The notes beneath the pieces were generated by a model. It did no database searches and was not told where the DNA came from. It saw only the letters and a list, made by a program, of their open reading frames with translations. Shown here piece by piece: positions 11,135 through 23,683 of a DNA stretch of 64,000 nt. Positions within the stretch are counted from its first letter, which is position 1, and each line of letters starts with the position of its first letter. The position numbers were made by a program, and so were the translations under genes. Where the stretch lies: positions 297,042,001-297,106,000 of the forward strand of contig OZ024741.1 in NCBI GenBank assembly GCA_964016885.1, given 5' to 3'. Source of the stretch: Eledone cirrhosa (taxonomy: Eukaryota).

Positions 11135-12890
11135 TCCTTCTTCTGCTTCCCCCACTTATTCCAGAAAAGGTCATGTGAGCAGAGTCCTCAAACACTCCTT
11201 CCAGCAGGTCCTGTCAACCATCTCCAACAGATCCAGCTGGATCCCCAAGTGAGACTAGCCAAGCTCATGGATATGTTATCCAACCATCTGCTCGGGGGTC
11301 TACCCCTGGGTCTCCTGTCAGTTAGTTTTGCTCGTAAAATCTGTCCAGCGATTCTTTCCTGAGACATTTTAACCATAGTATCAGAGCTGTGATCGCTCAA
11401 TTCGGAGTAGTGGCTCTACCTGGAATGACTCTCTGATCTCCGAGATAATCACTCTATTAAATAATGTTACTCCAAAGACCCTCCGGAAGAACCCCATTTC
11501 GACCGATTGTATTTGCGATCGTATTCTTTCAGTCATTACCCAAGATTCATGACCATAGGTAAGATAGCGAGTTTGGCTTTTACACCTACCTCCCTTCTTA
11601 TTATTACCGAAGGAGATAGTTGATCCTCTCTACCTGCTTCAGTGGAGCTCCAGTCACATGTAAGAGTGCAGTGTAGGCTTCCTTGAGAAGATGAATGTCT
11701 CAGCTTTCACAGCACTGCTTTTCATTACAGCACTCGGCATCAAACCTATCAAGTGCAAGTTGGAGATCAACTTGTATTGTCAAGAGGTATATTCTTGTTT
11801 TGCTGACATTGAAAAAGCATATGACTGTGTTCCTTGGGACTTGTTGTGGAAGGTTCTGCTGGATGGTTAGCTTCTTGCTGTCCTGATGTCCGAGTTAAGT
11901 AACCCTCATTTCGCCTGCAAATTCCAGCTGACTGATTTCACATCCACCAGTCGTGATATCACTTCCAACCCAGCTGCGCATGTCAATCCTGTTTATTAAA
12001 ATAATAAAAAGGAGAGGTGACAGTACACACCCTTGGCGGAGTCTGAATCCCACATTGAGTGGTTTTGAGTTAGCCCCATTTATCCAAACACACATACTCG
12101 GACATCTGGGCAACAAGAAGCTGATCATCCTGCAGAACCTTCCACAGCAAGTCCCAAGGAATGCGGTCATATGCTTTTTCAATGTTGACAAAACAAGAAT
12201 ATATAACCCTAACTCCCACAATTTCTCGAAAACCTGTGGCAGTGTGAATATTTGGTCAGCTGTGCTGCATCCAGGACGAAATCTGCACTGTTCATCAGCT
12301 AGCTTGAACTCAACAATCTCCATGCATCTCTTTGCTAGACACTTAGCAAAGACTTTAGTGAGGAGGCTTTACAAGGAGATCCTCTGTAATGGAACAATCT
12401 CTCATCTCCCTTTTTGAAAATTGGAATTATCAATCCCGATTGCCATTTCTTAGATGCCTTTCCAGAGATCCAGGGCACTCAGCATGAGTCAGCCAGAGAA
12501 TACTTTTTCTATTTAAGTCTTTTAACATCTCATTTGAGCTCTTTATCTGCTCTTGTGACTTCATATTATGAAGTTGGCAGATGATCTGCCAGAAGACTAT
12601 TTGCTGATCCCCAAAGTCTTGCCATGTCTTAACTGCTGTGATTCTTCATGCCTGCCTATGCCACATGTTCAAGGAGGAGGACTTATTTCCAAGACAAGCT
12701 ATGTAGGCCTCCTTCTTTGCTTGAATGGTATCTTTAACCTCTTCATTGAACCACGAGGCCTCCTACCAGCTGGCGCCACAGCAGTTCTCTTTTGCCTGCA
12801 GCATTTAGCAGCTGAAGCAGAAACTGCTGAGCTGAACAATCTCCACTCTGTCTCAACATCCTCAGTTTGTAAAAAGATATATACACGTTG
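11135..12890 (-). mobile_element. Decayed RTE (Expander-like) LINE with internal duplication
   Basis: QCRFRPGCSTADQIF, LRQGCVLSPLLF, RRPRGRP; same family at about 31965-32260, 38020-38450, 39768-42285, 55580-56010 and 63831-64000. Confidence 0.85.
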
Positions 12891-13734
12891 GCCATAATTG
12901 GAATGCTTGTAAATGAGCCACATTTAAAAAATTTAATAAAATTATATAAAATTATATGAATTGCCTTTTTGAATAAAATATTTTTTTCAATATACTATCA
13001 TGTTGAATAAATTAACTTTAGAATATAAAATACTATTATTAAAGGTTTCATTTGAATTCACATTTCTAGACATTACGCTAAAGTATATTGAGTATATAAG
13101 GAGCAGTTGTAGTTATGTGGTTTAAAGGTTCGCTTCTAAAGCATGTGGTCCCAGGTTCATTCCCTCTGCATGGCACACCTTGTGAGTGAAATGTGGTAGA
13201 TGGGTCTCTCTGTGGAAGCCTTTTGTGTGTTTGTCTATGTCTAAACTTCCAAAAGGTGGTAAATTGGAGTTGTTAGAATGTCGGGTAGAATGCTTTGCAG
13301 TATTTATTCTGACACTCTACTCTCAAATTTTGCCAATGTCAACTTTGCCTTTCATCCATTTAAGGTCGATAAAAAAAGTAGTCAAGTACTGGAGTTGATT
13401 CTTCCTCTATATCTCTTTCTCACTTCCATTCTCTCACTCTTTCTATCCTTCTCTGGAAGAAATCTGCTGTATTCAGACAAGGAGAGGAGATGGACTCTGC
13501 CAGATTTTAAAATGCCCCAGAAACGGCATATGTCAACATGGCAGCCATACAACGCCTTCAGAAGTTACAGGTACATACATATCGAGTAAAGTGCAAGATT
13601 GGACTGCAACCATGCTGGGGCATGGTCTTCCAAGTTTTATTGAATATATTGAGCCAAGGATATTTTTAAAGTCTGATATTTTCAGTTTCTTTCTCAAACC
13701 ACTGTTACAAGGCACACATAAACAGAACCAGTTT

Positions 13735-14925
13735 TTCAGAGATAATTGCCTTGAATCAAAAAACCTTAAAGTTAACTTGTCTAAAACTAAAGTTCTAGTA
13801 TATAGAAAGGAAAATAAGGTACAGCTTTCCTCTGGGAAATGGCCTTGCTCAGTGTGTAGGAAAAGAGTAGGTAGAAATTCCATTCTCTGTCCCAAGTGTA
13901 AGCTATGGGTACATAAAAGATGTAGTGGGATCACAGGCAGGCTATCAAAGAACGTAGGTTTTATATGTGGCCGATGCTCAGGTGCAATAAGTAACAAGTA
14001 CCCATAGGATACTAGCTCCTTCAACTGCCCAGATGGTTCTATAGAAATAGTAGACACTTTCCGTTACCTGGGTGACAAAATCAGCAGTGGAGGAGGGTGC
14101 TCTGAAAGTACTGTAGCGAGAGTAAGAACAGGAAGGAAAAAGTTCAGAGAGCTAATACCGCTGTTGGCCACAAAAGGTTTTTCCCTAAAAATGAAAGGCA
14201 GATTGTACGATGCTTGTATACGAATAGCAATGTTACATGGTAGTGAGACCTGGGCGCTGTGCACAGATTGGAAAGAAATTAAGCATGCATGCTCCGATGG
14301 ATGTGTAATAATAACATACACGAACGGCAAAGCGTAAATGAAGTGAGAAATTAGGCATAAGTGGGATCAGAGGCAGTATACTAGGGAGGAAATTGCGTTG
14401 GTATGTTCATGTGATGCGTATGAAGGACAACAGCTGTATAAAAAGTTGCAGGGCATTCAAAATTGATGGAAGCTATGGAGTAGGAAAACCCAGAAAGCCC
14501 TGGGACGAGGTGATAAAAAGCTGACTTTGCACACTTGCACTTCTCAAAGACAATGACACAGGATCGAGATCTTTGGTGCTATGCAGTAATACAAAAGACC
14601 GCCTTCCCTTGTGCATGGACTCAAACAGACACTCAGTAGGTACTTCTTAATCCAATATACACACCCCACACCACCCTTACTCTGTAAAGTTATGTTGGTA
14701 TCAAAGAACCATCCAGCCCACACTGTAAAGTGGTTGTGTAGGAGACACGGCAAATTGCATCCAGCACTCACTGTAAATGTGGTTGGTGTTAGGAAGGGCA
14801 TCCAGCTGTAGAAATCCAACCAGAAACAGTCCTATATGAGCGAGACAAAGTCACCCGACCCAACTTGCCTCTAATAAGACAAACCTGTTTAAATCATGCT
14901 AGACATTAAACGATGATGATGATAC
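13735..14925 (+). mobile_element. 5'-truncated RTE LINE
   Basis: LKVNLSKTKVL, WPCSVC..CPKC..HKRC..CGRC, 3'UTR and (GAT)n tail. Confidence 0.85.
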
Positions 14926-15695
14926 AAACACATATACACACAAATATATTTCAATTTCGACATTGAAGACCTGAACAAGCTATTTAGTTCATTCAGTTTG
15001 AATGTATAAATTGGGCATGAAAATTTTAGATCTGCTAAGGATTTGCAAGCAAATCCACAGATGCTGCAAGAGTGAGGTTTACAAGATAATGTTAGAGTAA
15101 GTGACAGAATTATCAAAATCAGAATAGTCATAGGAAATAGGATGACAACAATTACCTCAAGCTACACACCATAAGCAGGACTAAGTAGGGAACAAAAGGT
15201 CCATTTCTATGAGCAACTTTTACAGACAACCTCATTACAGATGATTGGCATCTTATCAACCCCAGCTGGTGACTTCAATGAGCATATTGAACGGCACCAA
15301 GATGAATACACTGGACTACATGGAGGATATGGTTATGGCTCGAGAAATGAAGAGGGAGTGAGGCTCCTAGAATTCTGTGATGCAAATGAACTATTTGCAT
15401 CACTAATTTCAAGAAACCGGCCAGCCACCTGATCACCTATATGGACATTTTACTCGTTAAAAAATATGACAGGCAGATGATATTGAACACTAAGTCCACC
15501 AGAAGAATGCGACACACAATTAGTTATTTGTGACATCAGAATAAACACAAGATGGAGCAAAACATCTAGGAAAATATAGAGAAGTAGAGTATGGAAACTA
15601 AAAGACCTGACTGTTCAATATAGGTTCAGCAAAGTTCTATGTGATGCATATCACAAGAGGGAAAAGTCAGATATACATACATACATATATATATA

Positions 15696-17971
15696 CCAGA
15701 TAGAAAAATGCGTACAGCAAAAAAAAGTAATATTGTTGGAATATAAACCTTTAAAAATACAGGACAAGAAACTAAAATAAAACTTTAAAAGAATAGGACA
15801 AGAAACTAAGATAAAACTTTAAAAGAATAGGACAAGAAACTAAGATAAAACTTTAAAGAATTGGACAAGAAATAAAAAATGTTACAATAATATTAGTGGC
15901 AAAATTTTTATTGGTAAAAAATCGAGTTCCACATTCATAGGCTCTGGGTTCCACATTCAGAGGTCGTCGTCAGACTGGGGGGATCATTTGATCCTGGTTT
16001 GAACACCAATTGGGCCATAACCATACCCCTATTTCATCATTCGGCGACACGCCTCATGTGTCATGCATAATGTGAATGGACCCATGGGCCCATGAGCACA
16101 GATCTTGAGCAGCAGCGGACGGTCTTGTCGTCCCGCTCATCCTTGATCTTGACCAACCCGTCCATCTTCTCCTTGAGTTCAAGTCCGGCAGTCCAGATGA
16201 ATGCGTACCACAGCTTTCTGGTACAGGAAGGGGGAGCAGGAGGACTGGAGGGATGACGGGACAGAGGGAGGGAGGACCGGTGGTTGAGGGAGGTGCCGTA
16301 GTCGGTGGTCAGAGTCGACATCTTGTCCCGGTCGTCTTCTCCATCTTCATCTGGTGTTGCGGGACCAGAAGTGCATTCTTGGAGGAGACCTGCAGCTGCA
16401 TCGGCCAATTCTTCTTGCAATGGTCATTCTGACGGAGCAGAACTGCTCAGCCAACCAACCTCAACCAGAACCAACCGCTCAGGGGCAACGCACAATGAGA
16501 GCATGATAATTATTATGCACTAATCAAGAAGATACTGGGGCATAGCACAGAAACGAATAAAAAAAATTTGCCACTAATATTATTGTAATATTTTTTATTT
16601 CTTGTCCAATTCTTTAAAGTTTTATCTTAGTTTCTTGTCCTATTCTTTTAAAGTTTTATTTTAGTTTCTTGTCCTGTATTTTTAAAGGTTTATATTCCAA
16701 CAATATTACTTTTTTTTTGCTGTACGCATTTTTCTATCTGGTCTACTATTTTTTAAGTGAATTACTGACAAGTGATTGACATTTTAAAGTTCTTTTGAGT
16801 ATAAATGCAATCTAGTTGAGGCAACTGGCTTAAGGACAAAGCTAGTAAATCATGAATGCATTTGAGATGATTAGTGCATAATAGTGAATTGGTGAAACTT
16901 GTGCATTTCAATGGTGTTACAACAATAGATGTAAGTTATATAGTAGTAATACTTTATCATTTTAACTTTTTAGAATGGACAAAAACCCATGCAAAGAAAT
17001 GACTTTGACTGCAGTGATTCTCTCCAATTTACTTACAAAGCAAAACGTGGTCAAATACCTTATCATCTCTGATAAAATGCCCATTGAATCATTGAAAATC
17101 GGATGCATGGAATTCCTCATAAAATACACCTATGAATCGGAAGCCATCACATATATCAATGGATATAGGGAGTTGTTCACACTGGAAGACCATCACTTCA
17201 TTTGTGACTTCATCAGTTATCTCCACGATTATCTCAGACACCCAATGCCATTGATGAGAGGTGATCCAATGTGTGAGCATGTAACTAATCTTATAGAAGT
17301 TGTTATCGACCACCTGGCTTTTAGTGACATTTGACTGATTTGACTGATAATGATGTATTTTAAAAAAGTATGTGTACATTCTTGTTACTATTTTAAGGCA
17401 ATGCAAGCAACAACTATTTAATAAAATTTAAATTTAAAAATGACCATTGTGCATTACTAGTATGATGACATTTTATTAAGTCACAAAATTAGTCAGTCAG
17501 CCATAGAACAAGGATCAGGTGGCAAAAACATTGGCAAAAATTTGTGTCAATTTAAGATTTCCAACATTGTTCAAATGAATCATATCTGGTTTGAAGTCAG
17601 ATTTGTCAAATTTTGACCAATTTTCAATGTTGTGAAGATTGGGCAAGTTCAATTTTTGAATCATTTCTTTCATGCAGTAATTAAACTTTTCCAAACGTCG
17701 TCATTTCTGGATTACCTCCCCTAGAGTCACGCTTACTACTCACTCACTTGAACACAAGATTTATCAGCAAACTTTGATTATAAACTTTTTCCTGCTGGAC
17801 CAAATTTCTAGATTTTTAAGCCAAAAGATGCGTAATGATCTACTGTTCATGCTCATATAAGTTTTATCTCAGTTAAATAAAGTAGAGCCGCGCTGTACTG
17901 TCGTAAACAGACGGTTGCCAACGAAAACACGACCACAACAATATTACTAAACGGACTACCGTCCGTTTAGG
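15696..17971. mobile_element. Unclassified composite insertion with inverted repeat, cargo ORFs and terminal hairpin
   Basis: Inverted arms 15696-15909 and 16562-16741; hairpin 17947-17970; (TA)n at both ends; interrupts an RTE ORF. Confidence 0.75.
16975..17334 (+). CDS. 119-aa protein with SPOP-type BACK-like N-terminus, carried in the insertion
   Basis: ILSNLLTKQNVVKYLIISDKMPIESLKIGCMEFL resembles the SPOP BACK pattern [39 protein letters not shown] at 16800, candidate intron 16931-16973, AATAAA at 17420. Confidence 0.55.
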   Translation: MDKNPCKEMTLTAVILSNLLTKQNVVKYLIISDKMPIESLKIGCMEFLIKYTYESEAITYINGYRELFTLEDHHFICDFISYLHDYLRHPMPLMRGDPMCEHVTNLIEVVIDHLAFSDI

Positions 17972-20900
17972 ATATATATATATAGATAATAACTGGAATT
18001 TCTTACATGACAACTTACTGCCGGCTACTGATGAAACTTGTGCTGGAGCAGAGTTCCAACCAGACAGAGAGTGACCTGGTGGTAGAACAGCACAGTAGAT
18101 AAGGCCATTAGAGACAAAAGACTAGCATGGAAGGCTTGGAAAAAGAGTGGGAGTAGGGAAGAATATACAGCCGCTAAGAGAGAAGCTAGACGTCAGGTGT
18201 ACTTAGCACGCAGGGAGGCTGAGAGTAGGAGGTTTGCCAATGTTCTGCGACGGGAAGATCAGAGGCGTGCGGTGTTCCACATTGCAAGGCAGTGTGTCAA
18301 TGCAAATCAGGATGTTGTTGGAGATAAATGTGTCCGGAATGATGCCGGTGTACTTAATGTCACGAATGATCAGAAAAAGGAGGCCTGGAAATGTCATTAT
18401 GATGAATGTGGAGAACGAATGGGAGAGAGAGAAATTACCCTCAGTAGATCCGACAGAGGGACCAGCTATTGAGATTGACGAATATAGGGTCCAAGAGGCA
18501 ATTAAGGAAATGAAAAATGGTAAGGCTGCTGGACCATCGGGAATAGTTGCTGAGATGCTGAAGGCATCAGGGGACGTAGGCACTAAACTGGTTGCACGCA
18601 TCATCAATCAGGCTATATATGGTGGTGTCGTACCCAAAGGCTGGTGCAGCAGTATTCTCATAAATTGCTACAAAGGTAAAGGGGATACTCTGGAGAGGAG
18701 CAATTATAGGGGTATAAAACTGATGGATCAGGTTATGAAAGTGGCAGAAAGGATATTAGCACAACTAATTAGAGAAAGGGTCAAACTAGATGAGATGCAG
18801 TTTGGTTTTGTGCTTGGGAAGAGTACAACAGATTCCCTCTTCTTGGCGAGACAATTGCAAGAGAGGTTCTTAGAAAAAAATAAGCCACTATACTTAGCCT
18901 TTGTTGACCTAGAGAAGGCCTTTGATAGGGTACCCTGATCTGTCATCTGGTGGTCCCTAAAGAAACTAGGTGTTGAGGAATGGCTTGTGAGGACAGTGCA
19001 AACTTTGTACAGAGGTACTGTTAGTAAAGTCAGGGGAGGAATGGAGTTTAGTGAGGAATTCCAGATATAGGTAGGAGTACATCAAGGTTCGGTCCTCAGC
19101 CCGCTCTTATTCTTTATAGTCCTCCAAGACATAACAGAGGAGTTTAAGACTGGCTGTCCATGGGAACTTCTCTATGCTGACGATCTGGTTCTTATAGCAG
19201 AATCAGTAGAGGAGCTAGAGAATAAATTCTGGTTATGGAAACAGCAGTTGGAATCAAGAGGACTGAGAGTGAACCTAGCTAAGACAAAAGTGTTGATGAG
19301 TAGAAAAGAGGACAAAACTCTGATTCCGTCAGGGAAATGGCCATGTTCTATATCAGAAAAGGAACTGGCATAAATTCTATAAAATGCACCCATTGCAGAT
19401 CCTGGGTATACAAGAGATGTAGCGGGATAGCAGGCAAACTAACAGGTAGGGGGAAATATGTATGCAGTAGATGTACAGGGAAATTAGACAGTAGAAGTCG
19501 CATTGATAGACACATTTTTCAAATGCAGGCGGGTACTATAGAAGTGGTGGATAGCTTCCGGTACCTAGGAGATCAGATTAGCATGGGAGGGGGGTGCCCT
19601 GAGGCCATAGTATCTAGAATAAGGACGAGTTGGAAGAAGTTTAGGGAACTGCTTCCTCTGCTGACGAAGAAGGGTTTCTCCCTGCGTACGAAAGGCCGGT
19701 TATATGATGCCTGTGTGAGGAGCGTGATGCTGCATGGTAGTGAGACATGAGCAGCAACTGCAGAAGATATGCGATATTCTTTTTCTATTACCCACTCCAC
19801 CTGGTTTCTTACCATAATTCCTTCGTAATCTAGCTCCTACCTCTGCAGTGGAGCACTGTCCAACCCTACCATGCCATATCCCATATATACACATACATCT
19901 AAACCCATGCTAGCGTGGACGATAGACGTTAAACGATGATGATAATGATGATGATATGACAGTGAAGGTGCGTGGCTGAGTGGTTAGAGAATTGGATTCA
20001 CATCAAAGGTTGTGAGTTCGATCCGCAGGCCGGGCAATGCGTTATGTCCTTGAGCAAGACATTTTAGTTCACGTTGCTCCTTCTACCTGGAGTTGCAACC
20101 GATAGATAGTATTAGCAATTGGAAAGACCAATGTAAACATTGTTCCCTCGGTCCAATTTGACGAAAGTCGATCGAATGTGTATATATATGACATAGAAGA
20201 CAATTGGAAGTTTCTATGAGACAACCTACTACAGGCTACTGAGGAGACTTGTGGCTGGAGTAAAGCCCTAGCCGGACAGAGGGTAACCTGGTGGTGGAAA
20301 AATACTGTGGATAGAGCTGTTAAAGAAAAGATGCAGGTGTAGAAAGATTGAAGAAATGGGGACAAAGATTGATATCAAGTAGCTAAAAGAGAAGCTAGAT
20401 GACAGTTATACACAGCACATAAAGAAGCTGAAAGCAGGAGGTTTGCCCATATATTGCGACATGAGGATCAGAGATATGACGTGTACTGCATCACTAAGCA
20501 GTCCATTCATGATAACCAGGACGTCATTGGAAAAAAGTGTGTACAAAATCTCACCACACCATAAATACAACACTTTCCATTTCCTCTCTCACCTACTGTC
20601 ACCTTTGATATCATCCTTCATACTTCTTCCCACTTCTCTCTCCCTAAATAAGTCTGACTTGAGACAAGTCATCATTCTTCCTCCCTCATAGAATCAATAA
20701 CCAACAATCTCCCTAGTGTCAGTGCTGCAATAAAATGCACCTAATACACTCTGCAAAACAGCTGGTGTTAGGAAAAGCATCCAGTCATAGAAAACTTGCC
20801 AAAAAGGGTTGAGAGGACTCTTCAGTTCTCAGAAGACAACAATTTCCCTCATGACTTGCTAATCATCATGGCCCCCTGTCATCTTCATCATGAAGTTCAG

Positions 20901-21527
20901 TTTTTCCAGGTCAGTTTTCAGTACTTCATCCCATATTTTCTCAAATTCACACTTGAAGAGTGGCACCTCCTCACATGATTGACATGTCCATATCAGCACA
21001 ATCCTCTTTCCTACACACAACAACCAACTCCTCTTACACCTATTTTTTCCTTCTCAATTCATTTGCAACAACCTTACACATCCAACAGATACCCCATACT
21101 CAAAACCTAAGCCTTACCAACATACATCTTCTGAAAATAAAAACATGATTGATTGTACATGGAATAATAAAAATGATAAAAATAAATGAAAATAAATATA
21201 AATTTTTTTTTATTATTATTATCATTATTTTATCAAATAATTTTTTTATTTGATTTAATAGAATAAAAATCAAAACATTTGATATTTTAAATTTTCTGAT
21301 TGCATAACTTTACAATATTTTTCTTCATTGATTTACGTATCTTCAAAAATGTCTCCAAATACTGATATTTGCATAAAGTGTCTTTTTTTACTAAACATTA
21401 TTTGCAAATAACTGAAATTGTTGTTTTTACTATGTGTTGGTCTTATTACGTCTGATCAATTTTCATTGAAAAAAAAATAAAAACAAAAAAAAATTGATCT
21501 TTATTATATTAAATAACCGGTACCTCA

Positions 21528-21581
21528 CTAATCTTGGAAAATATTTTTGTTTGAATAAAAGAGGACGAAAGCAGCGGGTGT
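21528..21581 (-). CDS. USP8: USP8 last coding exon (TPAAFVLFYSNKNIFQD*)
   Basis: ttttctcttctttcag acceptor; AAF/YxLFY USP terminal box; TAG stop; AATAAA 23 nt downstream (21500-21505). Confidence 0.9.
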   Translation of the reverse strand, partial: TPAAFVLFYSNKNIFQD

Positions 21582-23594
21582 CTGAAAGAAGAGAAAAGTA
21601 GAATCTCAGGTTAAAACATTTTGGTATTTGACAAAAAGGAAAAGAAAAGTGGTCAATTGTTGCATTGGACCAAGGAAATTATGGTTTTAATGATCTTTCC
21701 ATTGCTAAAACGTTCAGATGGTCACAACACCTGAAAGTAGTTCTAACCCATGCTAGTATGAAAAGTGTATGTTAAACGATGACGATGATGATAATGATGA
21801 TATATATGATAGGTTTCAGCAGTTTTCGTCTACCCAATTCCTCTTACAAGGCATTAGACAGCCCCACACAACATGACTTATCCTAGAACCACATGATTGG
21901 GAAATAAACTCCTTATGAAGTTTATAAATAAAGTAGATACTGGCATGACTCAAACTCATAATTTAAATATATACGCCTAGATCAGAGGTCCCTAAAGTTG
22001 TTGATGGCATCACTCAAAGGGTTAATGGCAAGGAACAGGTAGTGAAATGCTGTACTAAGGAGGATTTGTCTAAATCACACAACAAGCACAAGTATGGAAA
22101 AACAGATGTATAAACAATGATAGTAGTGGGGGGGGGGGGTACTAGTGGTGATAGTGATGATGATGAACCAAAAAACAATATAATGGAATGGTATATTTTC
22201 GTGTGTGAACCAGAGAAGTACCATCTTATTATAATTCTGCTTGTGTTTCATCCATTCATAATACATGCTACACTTTAGTTACATACACACACATCTTCAA
22301 CTAAATACATAAACAGATACAAAGACAACAGAAGTGCAAACACACACATCTACTCATCTAAAAAAGTCTAAAGTCTGTCTTAAGCCAGAAGGCTCATTTG
22401 GCCGGTGCTTATCCCAGTTTCATGGCGTGAAGCAACTGAGAGTACAAGACTCCCCCCTGGACAGGATGCCAGTCCATCGCAGGGTTAAACCTCCAGCTAT
22501 TGCTGGTACTCATTTTCAGCTAAGTATACTGGAGCAACGTGAAATGAAGTGTTTTGCTCAAGAACACAACACGCAACCCAGGAATCGAGCCTACAACATT
22601 ATGATCGTAAGTCCAGCACCCTTACCACTAGGCCACGTGCCTCCACCTCATCTACTCATACATATTCATAAATAGACACATTATGCATAATAATTATTAC
22701 ACACACACATACATCTATGTAATGATTGAGGAAGGAAAGGGCTGGAGAAACATTATAGCGATGAGTGTTCCAAGATTAGCTACACTTGTGTGTGTGTGTG
22801 TGCATGCGTTTGTGTGAGTGTGTGTGTGTGCGTTTTGTGTGAGTGTTTGTGCATTTATATTTATATACTCATACATATAAATATAGATATAACACATACA
22901 CAATTGTAATGAATTGTGTGTGCATGTGTACAGAGATGTGAGGAAATAAATGAAGAACAGAGGCATATTATTTTAGAGCAAAGTGGATTAAGACAACAGG
23001 AGAGAAGAGATAATATACAGCTAGACGAACGTCTCTTAAATAGCTCCTCGTAATTTTTTTGTCCGTGGTATATAGTATCTTATATTTTATGGCTTAATTC
23101 AAAGAAATCATCATCATCGTTTAACGTCCATCTTCCATGCTAGCATGGGTTAATAAAGCTCCCAATCCACACTGTCAAGTGGTTGTGTTGGTGACACGAT
23201 AAAGCACCCAGTCTACACTATAAAGTGGTTGTGTAGGTGTGATGATAAAAAGCACCTAAACCACACTGTAAAAGTGGTTGTATTGGTGCCATAACAAAAA
23301 GCACCCTGTCCACACTGTAAATGTGATCGTTTTTGGTGCCATGATAAAAAGCACCCAGTCACTACATCATAAATGTGATTGGTGTTAGGAAGGGCATCAA
23401 GCCATAGAATCCAAGCTAGAAACAGTTCTGTATGAGCAAGACATAGTCATCTAATCTGACTTGTTTCACAATGGGAAACTCGTCTAACCCATGCTAGCAT
23501 GGAAAAGTGGATGTTAAACGAAATGATGAAGATAATATATATATTTATATATATATCATCATCATTTTTATATATATATTCTTTCATGACTCAC

Positions 23595-23683
23595 CTTTAC
23601 TTCTGGTCCACTCATATCAGAGATTTCTTGATCATCAAATCTATACCATTTTTTTAACGATGGGTTCTTGCAGAATGAAATAT
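23595..23683 (-). CDS. USP8: USP8 exon (YISFCKNPSLKKWYRFDDQEISDMSGPEVK), catalytic Asp
   Basis: WxxFDD motif; ag/GTGAGT; phase 1-0. Confidence 0.92.

Larger units (their letters stand above)
15100..19775 (+). mobile_element. Decayed RTE LINE split by the 15696-17971 insertion
   Basis: GDFNEHI (endonuclease) left of the insert; RT motifs NYRGIKL, FVDLEKAFDRVP, YADD on the right; the reading frame EKSDIHTY|IDNNWNF joins across the insert. Confidence 0.85.

Noticed and set aside
16512-16560. Hammerhead in the 15.7-18 kb insertion (AAGAAGA...GAAACG)
   Set aside because: No CUGA core, no stem III and no stem I partner
10028-16974. Splicing of the plus-strand host gene onto the 16975 ORF
   Set aside because: Phase-1 donors put the 16974 acceptor out of frame, with an early stop
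21118-21130. 13-nt minus-strand microexon or 3'UTR exon of USP8 (ttttcag...GTAAGG)
   Set aside because: Lies at the edge of a decayed RTE and downstream of the stop codon and an AATAAA; unsupported without RNA data
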